Positions 16,417 through 26,226 are shown, numbered from the stretch's first letter. The stretch is DNA of 64,000 bases from Sphingomonas sp. (GCA_965217805.1 CBDCJJ010000006.1:269806-333805), one strand, 5' to 3'. Made by a program: numbers and translations. Notes: a model not told the origin generated them from the letters alone.

Positions 16417-17808
16417 ATGCGCTTCGTCGTTCAACTCGTCGCCTACACCGGCGATGGCACCCAAGCTCCCAGCATGGTCGCGGCGATCGAGCGGCCGGAC
16501 AACGGCCTCTCGATCGATGATCTTGGGTTGACGCTCGCGGATTCAAAGGCGGTGCTCGCCAACCTGCAGGCGAGCATGGCTCGTGTGCAGGCCGCCACCC
16601 TCGCGGAGCGCGAGCGGCCTTGCCCGTGCTGCCACCGGCCCCGTCGGGTGAAGGATTATCGCACAATCGCGGTGCGGACGCCGTTCGGCAAGCTGGCGCT
16701 GCCGAGCCCGCGCTTCGCGCGCTGCCGGTGCGAGGTCGCGCCCGGTGTCGCCGCTCCGATCGTGGCGGCGTTGCCCGAGCGCATAACCCCGGACCTGCTC
16801 GCGCTCGAGGCGCGCTGGGCGTCGCTCGCCGCCTATGGCGTGACCGCGGCGCTACTCGCCGAGGTGCTGCCGATCGGCGACACCGTGAACGCGTCCACGA
16901 TCAGGAACGACGTCACCCGCGTCGCCGAGCGGCTTGAAGCCGAATTCGGCCCCGAGCAGGCGATGTTCGCGTCCGGCTGCCAGGCCGAGTGGGACGAGAT
17001 GCCGATCCCCGGTCCGCCGGTCACGGTCGGCATTGACGGGGGCTATGTGCGCAGCTGGGCCGACCGGCCCGCCAATTTCGAGGTGATCGTGGGCAAGTCG
17101 GTTCCCGAGGACAGGCCGGCACGCCGGTTCGGGTTCGTGGTCGGGCACGACGCCAAGCCCAAGCGACGGCTGCACGAACTGCTAGTCGCGCAAGGCGTTG
17201 CCATGAACCAGGAGATCACGTTCATGTCCGACGGTGGCGAGAGCGTGCGCGATCTCCAGCTCTATATGCGCCCGAATGCCGACCACGTGCTCGACTATTT
17301 TCATGTCGCCATGCGCGTGACCGTGCTCCAGCAGATGGCGCGCGGACTGCCGCCGCCGCTGAGCGAGGCGACGACTGCGATGGTCGAGGCGCTCGAAAGC
17401 GTCCGGCGCTTCGTGTGGCATGGCAACGTCGGCCGCGCGCTCGGCCTCGCAGAGGATCTCGGCGACGCGGTTGACCTCCTCGATCACCCGCCGCCCGGGG
17501 TGAGGAAGTTCCGGCGCCAGCTGGACGAGTTCAGCGGCTATGTCACCAACAACGCCGGGCTGATCCCGAACTACGCCGAGCGCCGCCGCTACGGCGAGGT
17601 GGTCTCGACCGCGTTCGTCGAGTCCACCGTCAACCAGGTGATCGCCAAGCGGTTCGCTAAAAAGCAGCAGATGCAGTGGACGCCGCGCGGCGTCCACCTC
17701 CTCATGCAGCTGCGCACCCGTGTCCTCGACGGGACGCTCGAGAGCGACTTCCAGCGCTGGCGAAAAGAGCGACAAGCACCGTCAGCCGAGATGGCCGTAG
17801 CCGCATGA
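16417..17808 (+). CDS. ISKra4-family transposase (second, identical copy)
   Basis: 463 aa, identical to 2930..4321. Confidence 0.75.
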   Translation: MRFVVQLVAYTGDGTQAPSMVAAIERPDNGLSIDDLGLTLADSKAVLANLQASMARVQAATLAERERPCPCCHRPRRVKDYRTIAVRTPFGKLALPSPRFARCRCEVAPGVAAPIVAALPERITPDLLALEARWASLAAYGVTAALLAEVLPIGDTVNASTIRNDVTRVAERLEAEFGPEQAMFASGCQAEWDEMPIPGPPVTVGIDGGYVRSWADRPANFEVIVGKSVPEDRPARRFGFVVGHDAKPKRRLHELLVAQGVAMNQEITFMSDGGESVRDLQLYMRPNADHVLDYFHVAMRVTVLQQMARGLPPPLSEATTAMVEALESVRRFVWHGNVGRALGLAEDLGDAVDLLDHPPPGVRKFRRQLDEFSGYVTNNAGLIPNYAERRRYGEVVSTAFVESTVNQVIAKRFAKKQQMQWTPRGVHLLMQLRTRVLDGTLESDFQRWRKERQAPSAEMAVAA

Positions 17809-17810
17809 GA

Positions 17811-17832
17811 CCCCCAGCTTTTTCATGCTCCC
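17811..17832. repeat. Terminal inverted repeat (outer end of second, partial IS copy)
   Basis: CCCCCAGCTTTTTCATGCTCCC, identical to 5760-5781. Confidence 0.8.
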
Positions 17833-17926
17833 TTTTGCAACAGAGCCCATCGACGCTACCCGGATTGTATTACAAAACAGGGGCGCCCCAGTCTTGTGAT
17901 CCGTTCCCATTTGGCTCGGATGCACC

Positions 17927-19873
17927 TCATGACGAACTGACTGGGGCATCACCCCGCGCGATGCGGACGAGGAGCGCGCCTTCGCTAACGTGCCCACCGA
18001 TCTCTACGTTTAGCTCCACCACGGCTCCGTCGAACGGCGCGGTAAGGCTATGCTCCATTTTCATCGCCTCCAGCGTGACGAGCTTCTGGCCCTTGCTAAC
18101 CGGGTCCCCTGCCGCGACCTCGACCGCAATGACGCGACCCGGCATAGGCGAAAGGATTGCGCCGTCCCCCGCTGCACCGGTCGTTTCCCCGCCCGCTCGG
18201 AACGAAGCGAACCGATGGGACCAGCCTCGGTCTACGATGAGCGTCTCGTCGCCATCGTACGCGAATGGATATCCCGGAGTTTCAGGACTAGTACCGATCT
18301 CAGCCTTTTCGGCTCGGCCATCGACGAGAAGCCACACCGATTGCTGAGCGGCGGCATTGGCCCGGAAGCAGAGCAGGCCAGTCCAAGGGCTTGTCGGCGC
18401 AGCGTTTCGGCTACCGTGAGCTACCGCACCGCCGCTCCAGCCAGCCCGCTTCGCAACATGAATTGCTCCTGCTTCCAACAACGAAGTCGTGGGGTCAGCG
18501 CCTCGAGTGAGCGTTTCCAGATTACGAGCGACATAGCCGGTGTCCAGTTGACCCGCGCGCACCACGTCGTCGCGCAGGAGCGCGGATAAAAACCCGGCAT
18601 TGTTCCTTACCGGCCAGCTCAGAATTCCGTCGCAGGCTCGCGCAAGCCGTTCGATCGCTTCGGCTCTGTTTTCGCCGCTGCAGACCAGCTTGGCAATCAT
18701 CGGGTCGTAGAAGGGCGAAACCACATCGCCCTGCTCAACTCCCGTCTCGACACGGCAAATTTCATCGCTGAGTCGCAGATGGCGCAAGGTCCCAGTGCTC
18801 GGCAGAAAGCCCGTGAGCGGATCTTCGGCATAGAGTCGTGCCTCAACGGCCCAGCCATCGATGCGAAGCTCGTCCTGACGCTTTGGTAGTGGCTCGCCGC
18901 TCGCAACCCGAAGCTGCCACTCGACAAGGTCTTGGCCGGTGATCTCCTCGGTAACAGGGTGCTCCACCTGGAGGCGGGTGTTCATCTCCATGAACCAGAT
19001 GCGGTCGGCTCGCAGGCCCTCGCTCGCATCGGCGATAAATTCGATCGTGCCGGCGCCGACATAGTCGACCGCCTTGGCAGCGCGAACAGCGGCGGCGCAG
19101 ATCGCCTCCCGCGTCGCCTCATCCATCCCAGGGGCGGGTGCTTCCTCGATGACCTTCTGGTGGCGGCGCTGGAGCGAGCAGTCGCGTTCGAACAGGTGGA
19201 CGACGTTGCCGTGCGTGTCGCCGAACACCTGTACCTCGATGTGGCGTGGCGATAGGACATATTTTTCCAGCAAGACGCGGTCATCGCCGAAGCTGGATCC
19301 GGCCTCGCGTTTGCAGCTCTCAAGCGCCTCGACGAACTCGTCGCCGTCGTCTACTCTGCGCATGCCCTTTCCACCGCCCCCGGCGACGGCCTTGATGAGC
19401 ACGGGATAGCCGATCGCGTCCGCCTCGGCCTTCAATCGCGCAGGTGACTGATCGTCTCCCAGATAGCCTGGCGTGGTGGGAACGCCAGCCTCGATCATCA
19501 GCTTTTTGGCCGCGTCCTTCAGCCCCATGGCGCGGATACTGGCAGGCTTCGGTCCGACCCAGATCAGGCCCGCGTCAATCACGGCCTGCGCAAAATCGGC
19601 ATTTTCGCTGAGGAAGCCGTAGCCGGGGTGGATGGCCTCAGCGCCCGTCGCCTTCGCCGCGGCGATGATCCGTTCGGCGACTAAATAGCTTTTGCGTGCT
19701 GGTGACAGGCCGATGTGAACCGCTTCGTCTGCCGCCCGTACGTGGAGCGCGTCGGCGTCTGCATCCGAGTAGACCGCGACCGTACGAATGCCGAGGCGAC
19801 GCGCGGTACGGATCACGCGGCAGGCGATCTCGCCACGATTGGCGATCAGAAGGGAGGTGAACATGCCCCTCAT
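17927..19873 (-). CDS. Biotin-dependent acyl-CoA carboxylase alpha subunit (biotin carboxylase + BCCP; methylcrotonyl-/geranyl-CoA carboxylase type)
   Basis: LLIANRGEIACRVIRT, ATP-grasp core and C-terminal biotinylation motif EAMKMEH. The ATG overlaps the upstream stop (ATGA). Confidence 0.9.
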   Translation of the reverse strand: MRGMFTSLLIANRGEIACRVIRTARRLGIRTVAVYSDADADALHVRAADEAVHIGLSPARKSYLVAERIIAAAKATGAEAIHPGYGFLSENADFAQAVIDAGLIWVGPKPASIRAMGLKDAAKKLMIEAGVPTTPGYLGDDQSPARLKAEADAIGYPVLIKAVAGGGGKGMRRVDDGDEFVEALESCKREAGSSFGDDRVLLEKYVLSPRHIEVQVFGDTHGNVVHLFERDCSLQRRHQKVIEEAPAPGMDEATREAICAAAVRAAKAVDYVGAGTIEFIADASEGLRADRIWFMEMNTRLQVEHPVTEEITGQDLVEWQLRVASGEPLPKRQDELRIDGWAVEARLYAEDPLTGFLPSTGTLRHLRLSDEICRVETGVEQGDVVSPFYDPMIAKLVCSGENRAEAIERLARACDGILSWPVRNNAGFLSALLRDDVVRAGQLDTGYVARNLETLTRGADPTTSLLEAGAIHVAKRAGWSGGAVAHGSRNAAPTSPWTGLLCFRANAAAQQSVWLLVDGRAEKAEIGTSPETPGYPFAYDGDETLIVDRGWSHRFASFRAGGETTGAAGDGAILSPMPGRVIAVEVAAGDPVSKGQKLVTLEAMKMEHSLTAPFDGAVVELNVEIGGHVSEGALLVRIARGDAPVSSS

Positions 19874-20220
19874 CGTGGCCGATCGTGGCAGGATGTCTCC
19901 ATTACCACCTTGTCCTGATCGTCGAACAGAACCGTTTCGATTACCTGTCGTCCATTGCCATCACGATAGTGAATCGCCAGCGTCAAATGGCCGCTGTAGG
20001 CTTTCATAAGTTCTAGCTTGAGGTTCGGCATGCGGCGCATCGCCTCTCCCCAGTACACGCGCAGCTCCGCCTTGCCGGAGATCAGTCCATTGCCAGCATA
20101 TAGTTTCGCTAAAGGCGAGCGCACGACAACCGTTTCGGCGTACATCTCCAGCAGGTTATCAAGATTGCGGGCATTCCATGCACCGATCCACTCTGCGGCC
20201 CATCGATCCGATAAAATCAT
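19870..20220 (-). CDS. SnoaL-like / NTF2-fold protein
   Basis: 116 aa. The pattern W..AWN..D.D.L..LY and overall size fit the NTF2-like superfamily. It sits between the two carboxylase subunit genes. Confidence 0.55.
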   Translation of the reverse strand: MILSDRWAAEWIGAWNARNLDNLLEMYAETVVVRSPLAKLYAGNGLISGKAELRVYWGEAMRRMPNLKLELMKAYSGHLTLAIHYRDGNGRQVIETVLFDDQDKVVMETSCHDRPR

Positions 20221-20230
20221 ATGTTACTCC

Positions 20231-21703
20231 TCACATCCGGAACACGCCGAAGTGCATCTGTTGAGGTACTGGAGCGTCCAGTGTCGCGGCAAACGCCAGC
20301 CCTAGTATATCGCGGGTCTGCGCCGGATCGACGACGCCGTCGTCCCATAAGCGCGCGGTCGCGTAGAACGGATTACCTTCATCCTCGTACTTTCGTCGGA
20401 CGGGCGCCTTGAAGGCTTCAGCCTGCTCGGGCGTCCAACTGTCGGCATCGCGGTGGACGGTGGCGAGCACCGACGCTGCCTGCTCGCCGCCCATCACGCT
20501 GATCCGGCTATTGGGCCAGGTGAACAGGAAACGTGGACTATAAGCGCGGCCGCACATGCCGTAATTGCCGGCCCCGAAGCTGCCGCCGATCAGCACCGTT
20601 ATCTTGGGTACGGTCGCCGTGGCAACGGCTGTGACGAGCTTTGCGCCATGTTTCGCAATGCCTTCCGCCTCGTATTTACCACCGACCATAAAGCCGGAGA
20701 TGTTCTGGAGGAACAGCAGCGGCACGCGCCGCTGGCAGGCGAGTTCGATGAAATGCGCGCCCTTCTGCGCGCTCTCGCTGAACAGCACGCCGTTATTGGC
20801 GAGGATCGCGACGGGAATGCCCCAGATATGGGCGAAGCCGCAGACGAGGCTGCTGCCATACAGCGCCTTGAACTCGTGGAACTCGCTGCCGTCGACCAGC
20901 CGCGCGATCACCTCGTGGACATCGTAGGGCGCGCGGACGTCGCTCGGCACGATGCCGTAGAGCTCGTCCGCGGCGAACTTCGGCGGGCGCGGGTCGCGCA
21001 GGTTGAGGTCGGGCTTGGTCGGCGGCTGCAGTGTCGAGACGATGTCGCGAACGATCGTTAGCGCGTGTTCGTCATTCTCCGCGACGTGATCGACAACACC
21101 CGACTTGCGCCCATGCGTGTCGGCCCCGCCCAGCTCCTCGGCGGAGATCACCTCGCCCGTCGCGGCCTTCACCAGCGGTGGCCCGGCGAGGAAGATCGTG
21201 CCTTGGTCGCGGACGATGACGCTCTCGTCGGACATGGCCGGGACGTATGCGCCGCCCGCGGTGCAGCTGCCCATCACGCAAGCGATCTGGGGAATACCCT
21301 TCGCCGACATGTTAGCCTGATTGAAGAAGATGCGGCCGAAATGATCGCGGTCGGGAAACACCTCAGCCTGATGTGGCAGGTTGGCACCGCCCGAGTCGAC
21401 GAGGTAGATACACGGGAGCCGGTTCTCTTGTGCAATCTCCTGGGCGCGTAGATGCTTCTTGACGGTGAGCGGGTAATACGTGCCACCCTTCACCGTGGCA
21501 TCGTTGCAGACGATCATGCACTGTCGGCCGGACACCCGGCCGATGCCCGCGATCAGCCCCGCGCCGGGAACCTCGTCGTCGTAAAGGCCGTTCGCCGCGA
21601 GCTGGCCGATCTCGAGCAAGGGCGAGCCGGGGTCGAGCAGACGCTCGACGCGGTCGCGGGGAAGAAGCTTGCCACGGGCGGTATGGCGTTCGCGCGCGCG
21701 CAT
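20231..21703 (-). CDS. Acyl-CoA carboxylase beta subunit (carboxyltransferase). The true start is probably upstream, near 21832-21837.
   Basis: [26 protein letters not shown]..., two carboxyltransferase halves. An in-frame, family-like N-terminal extension exists upstream without a canonical start codon (see findings). Confidence 0.9.
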   Translation of the reverse strand: MRARERHTARGKLLPRDRVERLLDPGSPLLEIGQLAANGLYDDEVPGAGLIAGIGRVSGRQCMIVCNDATVKGGTYYPLTVKKHLRAQEIAQENRLPCIYLVDSGGANLPHQAEVFPDRDHFGRIFFNQANMSAKGIPQIACVMGSCTAGGAYVPAMSDESVIVRDQGTIFLAGPPLVKAATGEVISAEELGGADTHGRKSGVVDHVAENDEHALTIVRDIVSTLQPPTKPDLNLRDPRPPKFAADELYGIVPSDVRAPYDVHEVIARLVDGSEFHEFKALYGSSLVCGFAHIWGIPVAILANNGVLFSESAQKGAHFIELACQRRVPLLFLQNISGFMVGGKYEAEGIAKHGAKLVTAVATATVPKITVLIGGSFGAGNYGMCGRAYSPRFLFTWPNSRISVMGGEQAASVLATVHRDADSWTPEQAEAFKAPVRRKYEDEGNPFYATARLWDDGVVDPAQTRDILGLAFAATLDAPVPQQMHFGVFRM

Positions 21704-21937
21704 TCCGCCACCGAGAGCGGTTTTCGCAACTTCGGCACGAAGCTGATCGGCCAGCGCACGATTCTGCGCGGCGTTGGTTTCGAACTGCTCGGCCTCAAGC
21801 GAAATCTTCGTGTCGAGAACGGGGGCGGTCAGTTCATTAACTCCTGCAAAGCGTCGGCAGCGTCGACGGGTGCCGTCGTGACCCGGTGGAAGAACACCGG
21901 CGGGCGTGACAAGGTCGCGGGCCTCGGATCCGCCAAA

Positions 21938-22414
21938 TTAGCCAATGGAATCGGTCGTGGCGTGACTGCTTGCTTCACCTGCGGCGATGGTTCCTCCGGT
22001 GATCATCTTGAGCCTGCCCGCGATCGAGACATCCGTTTCCCACATTTCGACCGAGCTGATGTCGAAGCGGTTCAAGCGGGCATCGGGCTTGCCGTTTGGG
22101 AACCAAGCTTCGACGTGGTTGTCCCACAACGCATCGAACAGCGCCTGATCTCGTTCCTCGCCAACGGTGCCGCTCAAGCAGGCGAAGAAGTCGTGCCCCT
22201 TTGCAACGAATTGCGCCATTGCCTCGCCGCCTGGTGCAATGCGATTATCCCGGGCTGAAAACAGGAACAGGGTATTGGCCTGTGTGTCATCGAGCTTGAC
22301 GCTCATTGGCTCGGCGTGCTGCCCGTCCAGCAAGCCGATCATGATGAACGGACTCGCCTTGAGCTTCTTGAGGAATAAAGCGGCGATCTCCTGCGGTGAA
22401 TCTTTGTGAGCCAT
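21938..22414 (-). CDS. Pyridoxamine 5'-phosphate oxidase-like / general stress protein 26-like protein
   Basis: ATG at 22414 with AGGAGA upstream. 158 aa with a split-barrel-like pattern (weak by-eye call). Confidence 0.5.
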   Translation of the reverse strand: MAHKDSPQEIAALFLKKLKASPFIMIGLLDGQHAEPMSVKLDDTQANTLFLFSARDNRIAPGGEAMAQFVAKGHDFFACLSGTVGEERDQALFDALWDNHVEAWFPNGKPDARLNRFDISSVEMWETDVSIAGRLKMITGGTIAAGEASSHATTDSIG

Positions 22415-22522
22415 GTTGCTTCTCCTACTGCTGAAAGGGTGGGAAATCGAAGGGCTGCAATCTTGAAGGTGAAAAAAGGGTTCAACCAACGACTATGGAC
22501 AGAATAACGGTAAGACCGTGGG

Positions 22523-23179
22523 TCAAGGCAAGTTCGCCTTTCCACTAACCATGAAATGCGCGGTCGTCCTCGCGGCCACATCGGACACTGTAATATGGTC
22601 TGCCAACTCGATCAGTTCGAAAGCTGTCACCTTGTCGGGTCGACGGAACACCGCCAGGTCGGTGATGATCATATCCACCACGTTGCGTCTGGTCAGCGGC
22701 AGCGTGCAGGCTGGGATGAATTTCGGCTCGCCCGTCTTGGACGTGTGCTCCATCACGACAATGATCTTCTTCACGCCCGCAACCAAGTCGATGGCACCGC
22801 CCATGCCCTTGATGACCTTGCCGGCGATCATCCAGTTGGCGATATCGCCATTCTCCGCCACCTCCATCGCACCCAGCACCGTCAGGTCGATATGGCCGCC
22901 GCGGATCATCGCGAAGCGGTCGGCGGACGAGAAATAGGCCGAGTGCGGCAGCTCGCTGATTGTTTGCTTGCCGGCGTTGATGCGGTCGGGATCAACGTCA
23001 TCTTCATAGGGAAACGAACCGATGCCAAGCATCCCGTTCTCGGATTGTAGCGTCACCGTCACGCCATCCGGAATATGGTTGGCGACCAGCGTCGGAATGC
23101 CGATGCCGAGATTCGAATAATAGCCGTCGCGCAGCTCCTGCGCTGCACGCGCGGCCATTTGGTCTCGTGTCCAAGGCAT
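22523..23179 (-). CDS. scoB: 3-oxoacid CoA-transferase subunit B
   Basis: ...LQSENGMLG...AMIRGGHIDLTVLGAMEV...GDIANWMIAGKVIKGMGGAIDL... contains the catalytic-Glu motif SENG. Confidence 0.9.
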   Translation of the reverse strand: MPWTRDQMAARAAQELRDGYYSNLGIGIPTLVANHIPDGVTVTLQSENGMLGIGSFPYEDDVDPDRINAGKQTISELPHSAYFSSADRFAMIRGGHIDLTVLGAMEVAENGDIANWMIAGKVIKGMGGAIDLVAGVKKIIVVMEHTSKTGEPKFIPACTLPLTRRNVVDMIITDLAVFRRPDKVTAFELIELADHITVSDVAARTTAHFMVSGKANLP

Positions 23180-23983
23180 TTAGTCCGCTACTTTCAATTC
23201 AAAAGCTTCCGGCCTCATTTCGTCGGCCGACAAACGCTGACCTGATAGGGTCACGCTCTGTGCGCCGGCGGACATGCGCGAGGCGCGCGCGCTCATCGGT
23301 TCAGAGCCACAATCGAGCATTTGCGAAGCTAATTCAGGCGTGACGACCTCGGCCATAAACAGACGACCAAGTGCGATGGCCGCCGCTCGCTTGATCGTCG
23401 CGGAGACGATGGACGTACGTTCCTCCCGGCCCAGCTCGGACTCGATCTCGAAGGCAAGGGATGCCGACGCGGTAGCCGAAAGGATTTGAGTGACGATCAT
23501 CATAACCTCGATCGGCGTCGATGATACGCAAGGCTTCCATGTTGCGCGCAGGGCTTCCAGCAGCCTGAAGGCGAGCAGCAGCGGCACAGTATTCCCGAAC
23601 ACAGAAGTTTCTGGCATCGCCTCTCTTGCACAGAATCGCGCAAGGTCTTCTTTGTCCGGCTCGAACAAGCAATCGACCAGCGCGTCGGTCGCGTTCGACA
23701 TCTGCTGCCGCGTCACGCACGACGCGTTAACATTGCGATCCGCGAGGTGATCGTTCAACACACTGACGAGAATATCCTCTCCATGGCGGCGGACGGCGAC
23801 GTACAAGCCGAGCTTGCTCGCGAAATGATAGGACAGGCATGACATCGTCGTGCCGGCAGACTCAGAGATCGCCCGGGTACTCGCGCCAGCGTAACCGCTT
23901 CGCCCAAAGTGGTGCAGCCCCGCTCGGATGAGGCGCGCCGGGAGAGCGTCCGCGCCGGTGACGCGGGGGCGTGCTATCTTCAT
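23180..23983 (-). CDS. TetR-family-like transcriptional regulator (267 aa) lying between scoA and scoB
   Basis: N-terminal HTH ...GYAGASTRAISESAGTTMSCLSYHFASKLGLYVAV.... It abuts both neighbours, with gaps of 2 nt and 0 nt. Confidence 0.6.
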   Translation of the reverse strand: MKIARPRVTGADALPARLIRAGLHHFGRSGYAGASTRAISESAGTTMSCLSYHFASKLGLYVAVRRHGEDILVSVLNDHLADRNVNASCVTRQQMSNATDALVDCLFEPDKEDLARFCAREAMPETSVFGNTVPLLLAFRLLEALRATWKPCVSSTPIEVMMIVTQILSATASASLAFEIESELGREERTSIVSATIKRAAAIALGRLFMAEVVTPELASQMLDCGSEPMSARASRMSAGAQSVTLSGQRLSADEMRPEAFELKVAD

Positions 23984-23985
23984 CG

Positions 23986-24690
23986 CTACGCCGCCTTCTG
24001 GCGAACGGTCTGAAACTCGATTTTCTTGGCGTAGGGAGCGCCAATAATTATGCTATTCACATAGATGCCGGGCAGGTGGCTGCAGTGGGAATCGAGGCTG
24101 CCGGTCGGCACCACCTCCTCCACCTCGGCAACACAAACTCGTCCCGCAGTCGCCATCGGCTGGTTGAAGTTTCTTGCGGTCTTGCGGAAGACGAGATTTC
24201 CGCTCGTATCCGCCTTCCAGCCCTTGATGATCGCTAGATCTGCGCGGATGCCGCGCTCAAGGAGATACTCGTCGCCATCGAACGCCTTCACCTCCTTGCC
24301 CTCGGCAACCTGCGTGCCGACACCCGTTTTCGTATAGAAGCCCGGAATGCCGGCACCGCCTGCACGACAACGTTCGGCGAGCGTTCCCCGCGGGCAAAAC
24401 TCCACCTCCAGTTCGCCCGAGAGATATTGGCGCTCGAATTCCTTGTTCTCGCCGACGTAGGACGAAATCATCTTGGCGATCTGGCGCGAGCGTAGCAGCT
24501 TGCCGAGGCCTTCATTGTCGATCTCGGCATTGTTGCTGACGACGGTCAGTTCGCGCACGCCCGACGCCTGAATCGCATCGATCAGCCGCTCGGGGATGCC
24601 GCACAGTCCGAAACCGCCTGAGCAAATCGTCATTCCATCATGCAGCAGGCCATCCAGCGCGACGATGGCGCCGGGAAAAGTCTTGTTCAT
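23986..24690 (-). CDS. scoA: 3-oxoacid CoA-transferase subunit A
   Basis: MNKTF...GMTICSGGFGLCGIPE...LTVVSNNAEIDNEGLG...YVGENKEFERQYL. Start chosen at Met45 of the long ORF. Confidence 0.9.
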   Translation of the reverse strand: MNKTFPGAIVALDGLLHDGMTICSGGFGLCGIPERLIDAIQASGVRELTVVSNNAEIDNEGLGKLLRSRQIAKMISSYVGENKEFERQYLSGELEVEFCPRGTLAERCRAGGAGIPGFYTKTGVGTQVAEGKEVKAFDGDEYLLERGIRADLAIIKGWKADTSGNLVFRKTARNFNQPMATAGRVCVAEVEEVVPTGSLDSHCSHLPGIYVNSIIIGAPYAKKIEFQTVRQKAA

Positions 24691-25092
24691 GCGTTGCTGC
24701 TCTCCCTCCCCGGTAACCATCGCGCGCGCAGGAGCGGGTCCGAGACGCTTCGATACTGAGATCAGCGATTTCCGCGTTTGTGCGCGATTCCGGGCCGGGC
24801 AAGCTAAGGTTGACCAAAACACACCCAGAACCTTCTTTCGCCCAAGCCATATTGCTACCCGTCTTCGTCACGTTATAGCAGAAGCAGCGCGACGGCGGGC
24901 AACGTCACGATCAAGGCGATGGCGGTCATCAGGCAGAACTGGCCGAAACCGCACGCGGATATCGATGAGTCGAAATGCATCGCGCTCTCCAGCCTTGATA
25001 TTGTCAGGCCATGAGAACGTCTAACACAGCGCGCGCGTGTCGGAAAGCTATTATGAACGACGGGCCATGTTTCAGATCGGCAACGCTGCAAC

Positions 25093-26226
25093 TCATATTT
25101 CCAAGGCACGTTTGCCGACGATGTTCAGGCCATAGGCGTCGATACCGACTCGGTTCCGATGGCCGGTCGTGAGCAGGACCATGTCTTGGATGCCGAGATC
25201 GGCGAGGATTTGGGCGCCGATGCCATAGCTTCGTGAATCCATTTCAGGTTCGTCCCCGGCTGCGAGACGCCATGACCCGTGCCGCTCTTCGGGCCGTAGC
25301 ACGACGATGACGCCTGAGCCGGTTCGACCAATTTCGCTCATCGCACGCTGTAAGATGCGCTTGCGCAGTCCTGGCCGGCCGAGAAGATCGTCGAATAACG
25401 ATACGGAATGAACCCGCACCAGGGTCGGTTCGTCCGCCGCCACGCGCCCCTTCTGCAGGACAAGCTGCTCGGAGCCGTCGACCTTGTTGCGGTAGACGAG
25501 CGCCTTCCATTCGCCGCCATAGTCTGAGGTGAATGGCCGCTCGCCGATCCGCTCGACCAGATGGTCGTGACGGCGGCGATAGGCGATCAGATCGCGGATG
25601 GTGCCGATTTTGAGCGCGTGCAACTGAGCGAATGTAACCAGATCATCCATGCGGCTCATTGTGCCATCGTCGTTCATGATTTCGCAGATCACGCCCGACG
25701 GATTGAGCCCAGCGAGCCGCGCGACGTCCAAAGCGGCCTCGGTGTGGCCGGCGCGCACCAAGACCCCGCCATCGCGCGCGACCAGCGGGAAAACATGACC
25801 TGGTGTCACGATCTCGTCGCGTCCCTTGCCAGCGTCGATAGCAACTGCGACCGTGCGCGCGCGATCAGCCGCCGAGATTCCGGTCGTCACACCGTCGCGC
25901 GCCTCGATCGAGGTGGTGAACGCGGTCTCGTGCCGCGTCCCGTTTGCGCGGGTCATAAGGTCCAGCCCGAGTGCTTCGACGCGACCGCGCGAGAGCGCAA
26001 GGCAGATCAAACCACGGCCGTGCTTGGCCATGAAGTTGATCTTTTCCGGCGTCGCCATCTGCGCGGGGATGACCAGATCTCCTTCGTTTTCGCGGTCCTC
26101 GTCATCGACAAGGATGAACATTCGCCCGTTTCTGGCTTCGTAGATGATCTCCTCCGGAGTCGACAGAAATGGGTGAGCAAGCCGGGACAAGGCTGCGGGC
26201 TTGCGGGACAATCGTCGTCTCCTCAT
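25093..26226 (-). CDS. ribB: 3,4-dihydroxy-2-butanone-4-phosphate synthase fused to a GTP-cyclohydrolase-II-like domain
   Basis: [19 protein letters not shown]...GHVFPL...[21 protein letters not shown], followed by a C-terminal RibA-like domain that contains no cysteine. Confidence 0.85.
   Translation of the reverse strand: MRRRRLSRKPAALSRLAHPFLSTPEEIIYEARNGRMFILVDDEDRENEGDLVIPAQMATPEKINFMAKHGRGLICLALSRGRVEALGLDLMTRANGTRHETAFTTSIEARDGVTTGISAADRARTVAVAIDAGKGRDEIVTPGHVFPLVARDGGVLVRAGHTEAALDVARLAGLNPSGVICEIMNDDGTMSRMDDLVTFAQLHALKIGTIRDLIAYRRRHDHLVERIGERPFTSDYGGEWKALVYRNKVDGSEQLVLQKGRVAADEPTLVRVHSVSLFDDLLGRPGLRKRILQRAMSEIGRTGSGVIVVLRPEERHGSWRLAAGDEPEMDSRSYGIGAQILADLGIQDMVLLTTGHRNRVGIDAYGLNIVGKRALEI

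Larger units (their letters stand above)
16348..17832. repeat. 1,485-bp inverted repeat, copy 2 (partial ISKra4-like element lacking the recombinase arm)
   Basis: Reverse complement of 2906-4390. It has the outer terminal repeat but no matching inner repeat, and its inner end abuts the IS1182 element. Confidence 0.9.

Noticed and set aside
2898-17842. Target-site duplications that would prove transposition of the 2.9-kb unit or of the 14.9-kb composite
   Set aside because: The flanks (GAAGATCC | ... | CCGTGCCC, and GAAGATCC | ... | TTTTGCAA) show no direct repeat. The structures are reported as candidates only.
24873-25109. 78-aa ORF, or a 35-aa hydrophobic peptide, between scoA and ribB
   Set aside because: There is no ribosome-binding site or recognisable family, and it overlaps the 3' end of ribB. 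It cannot be supported from sequence alone.
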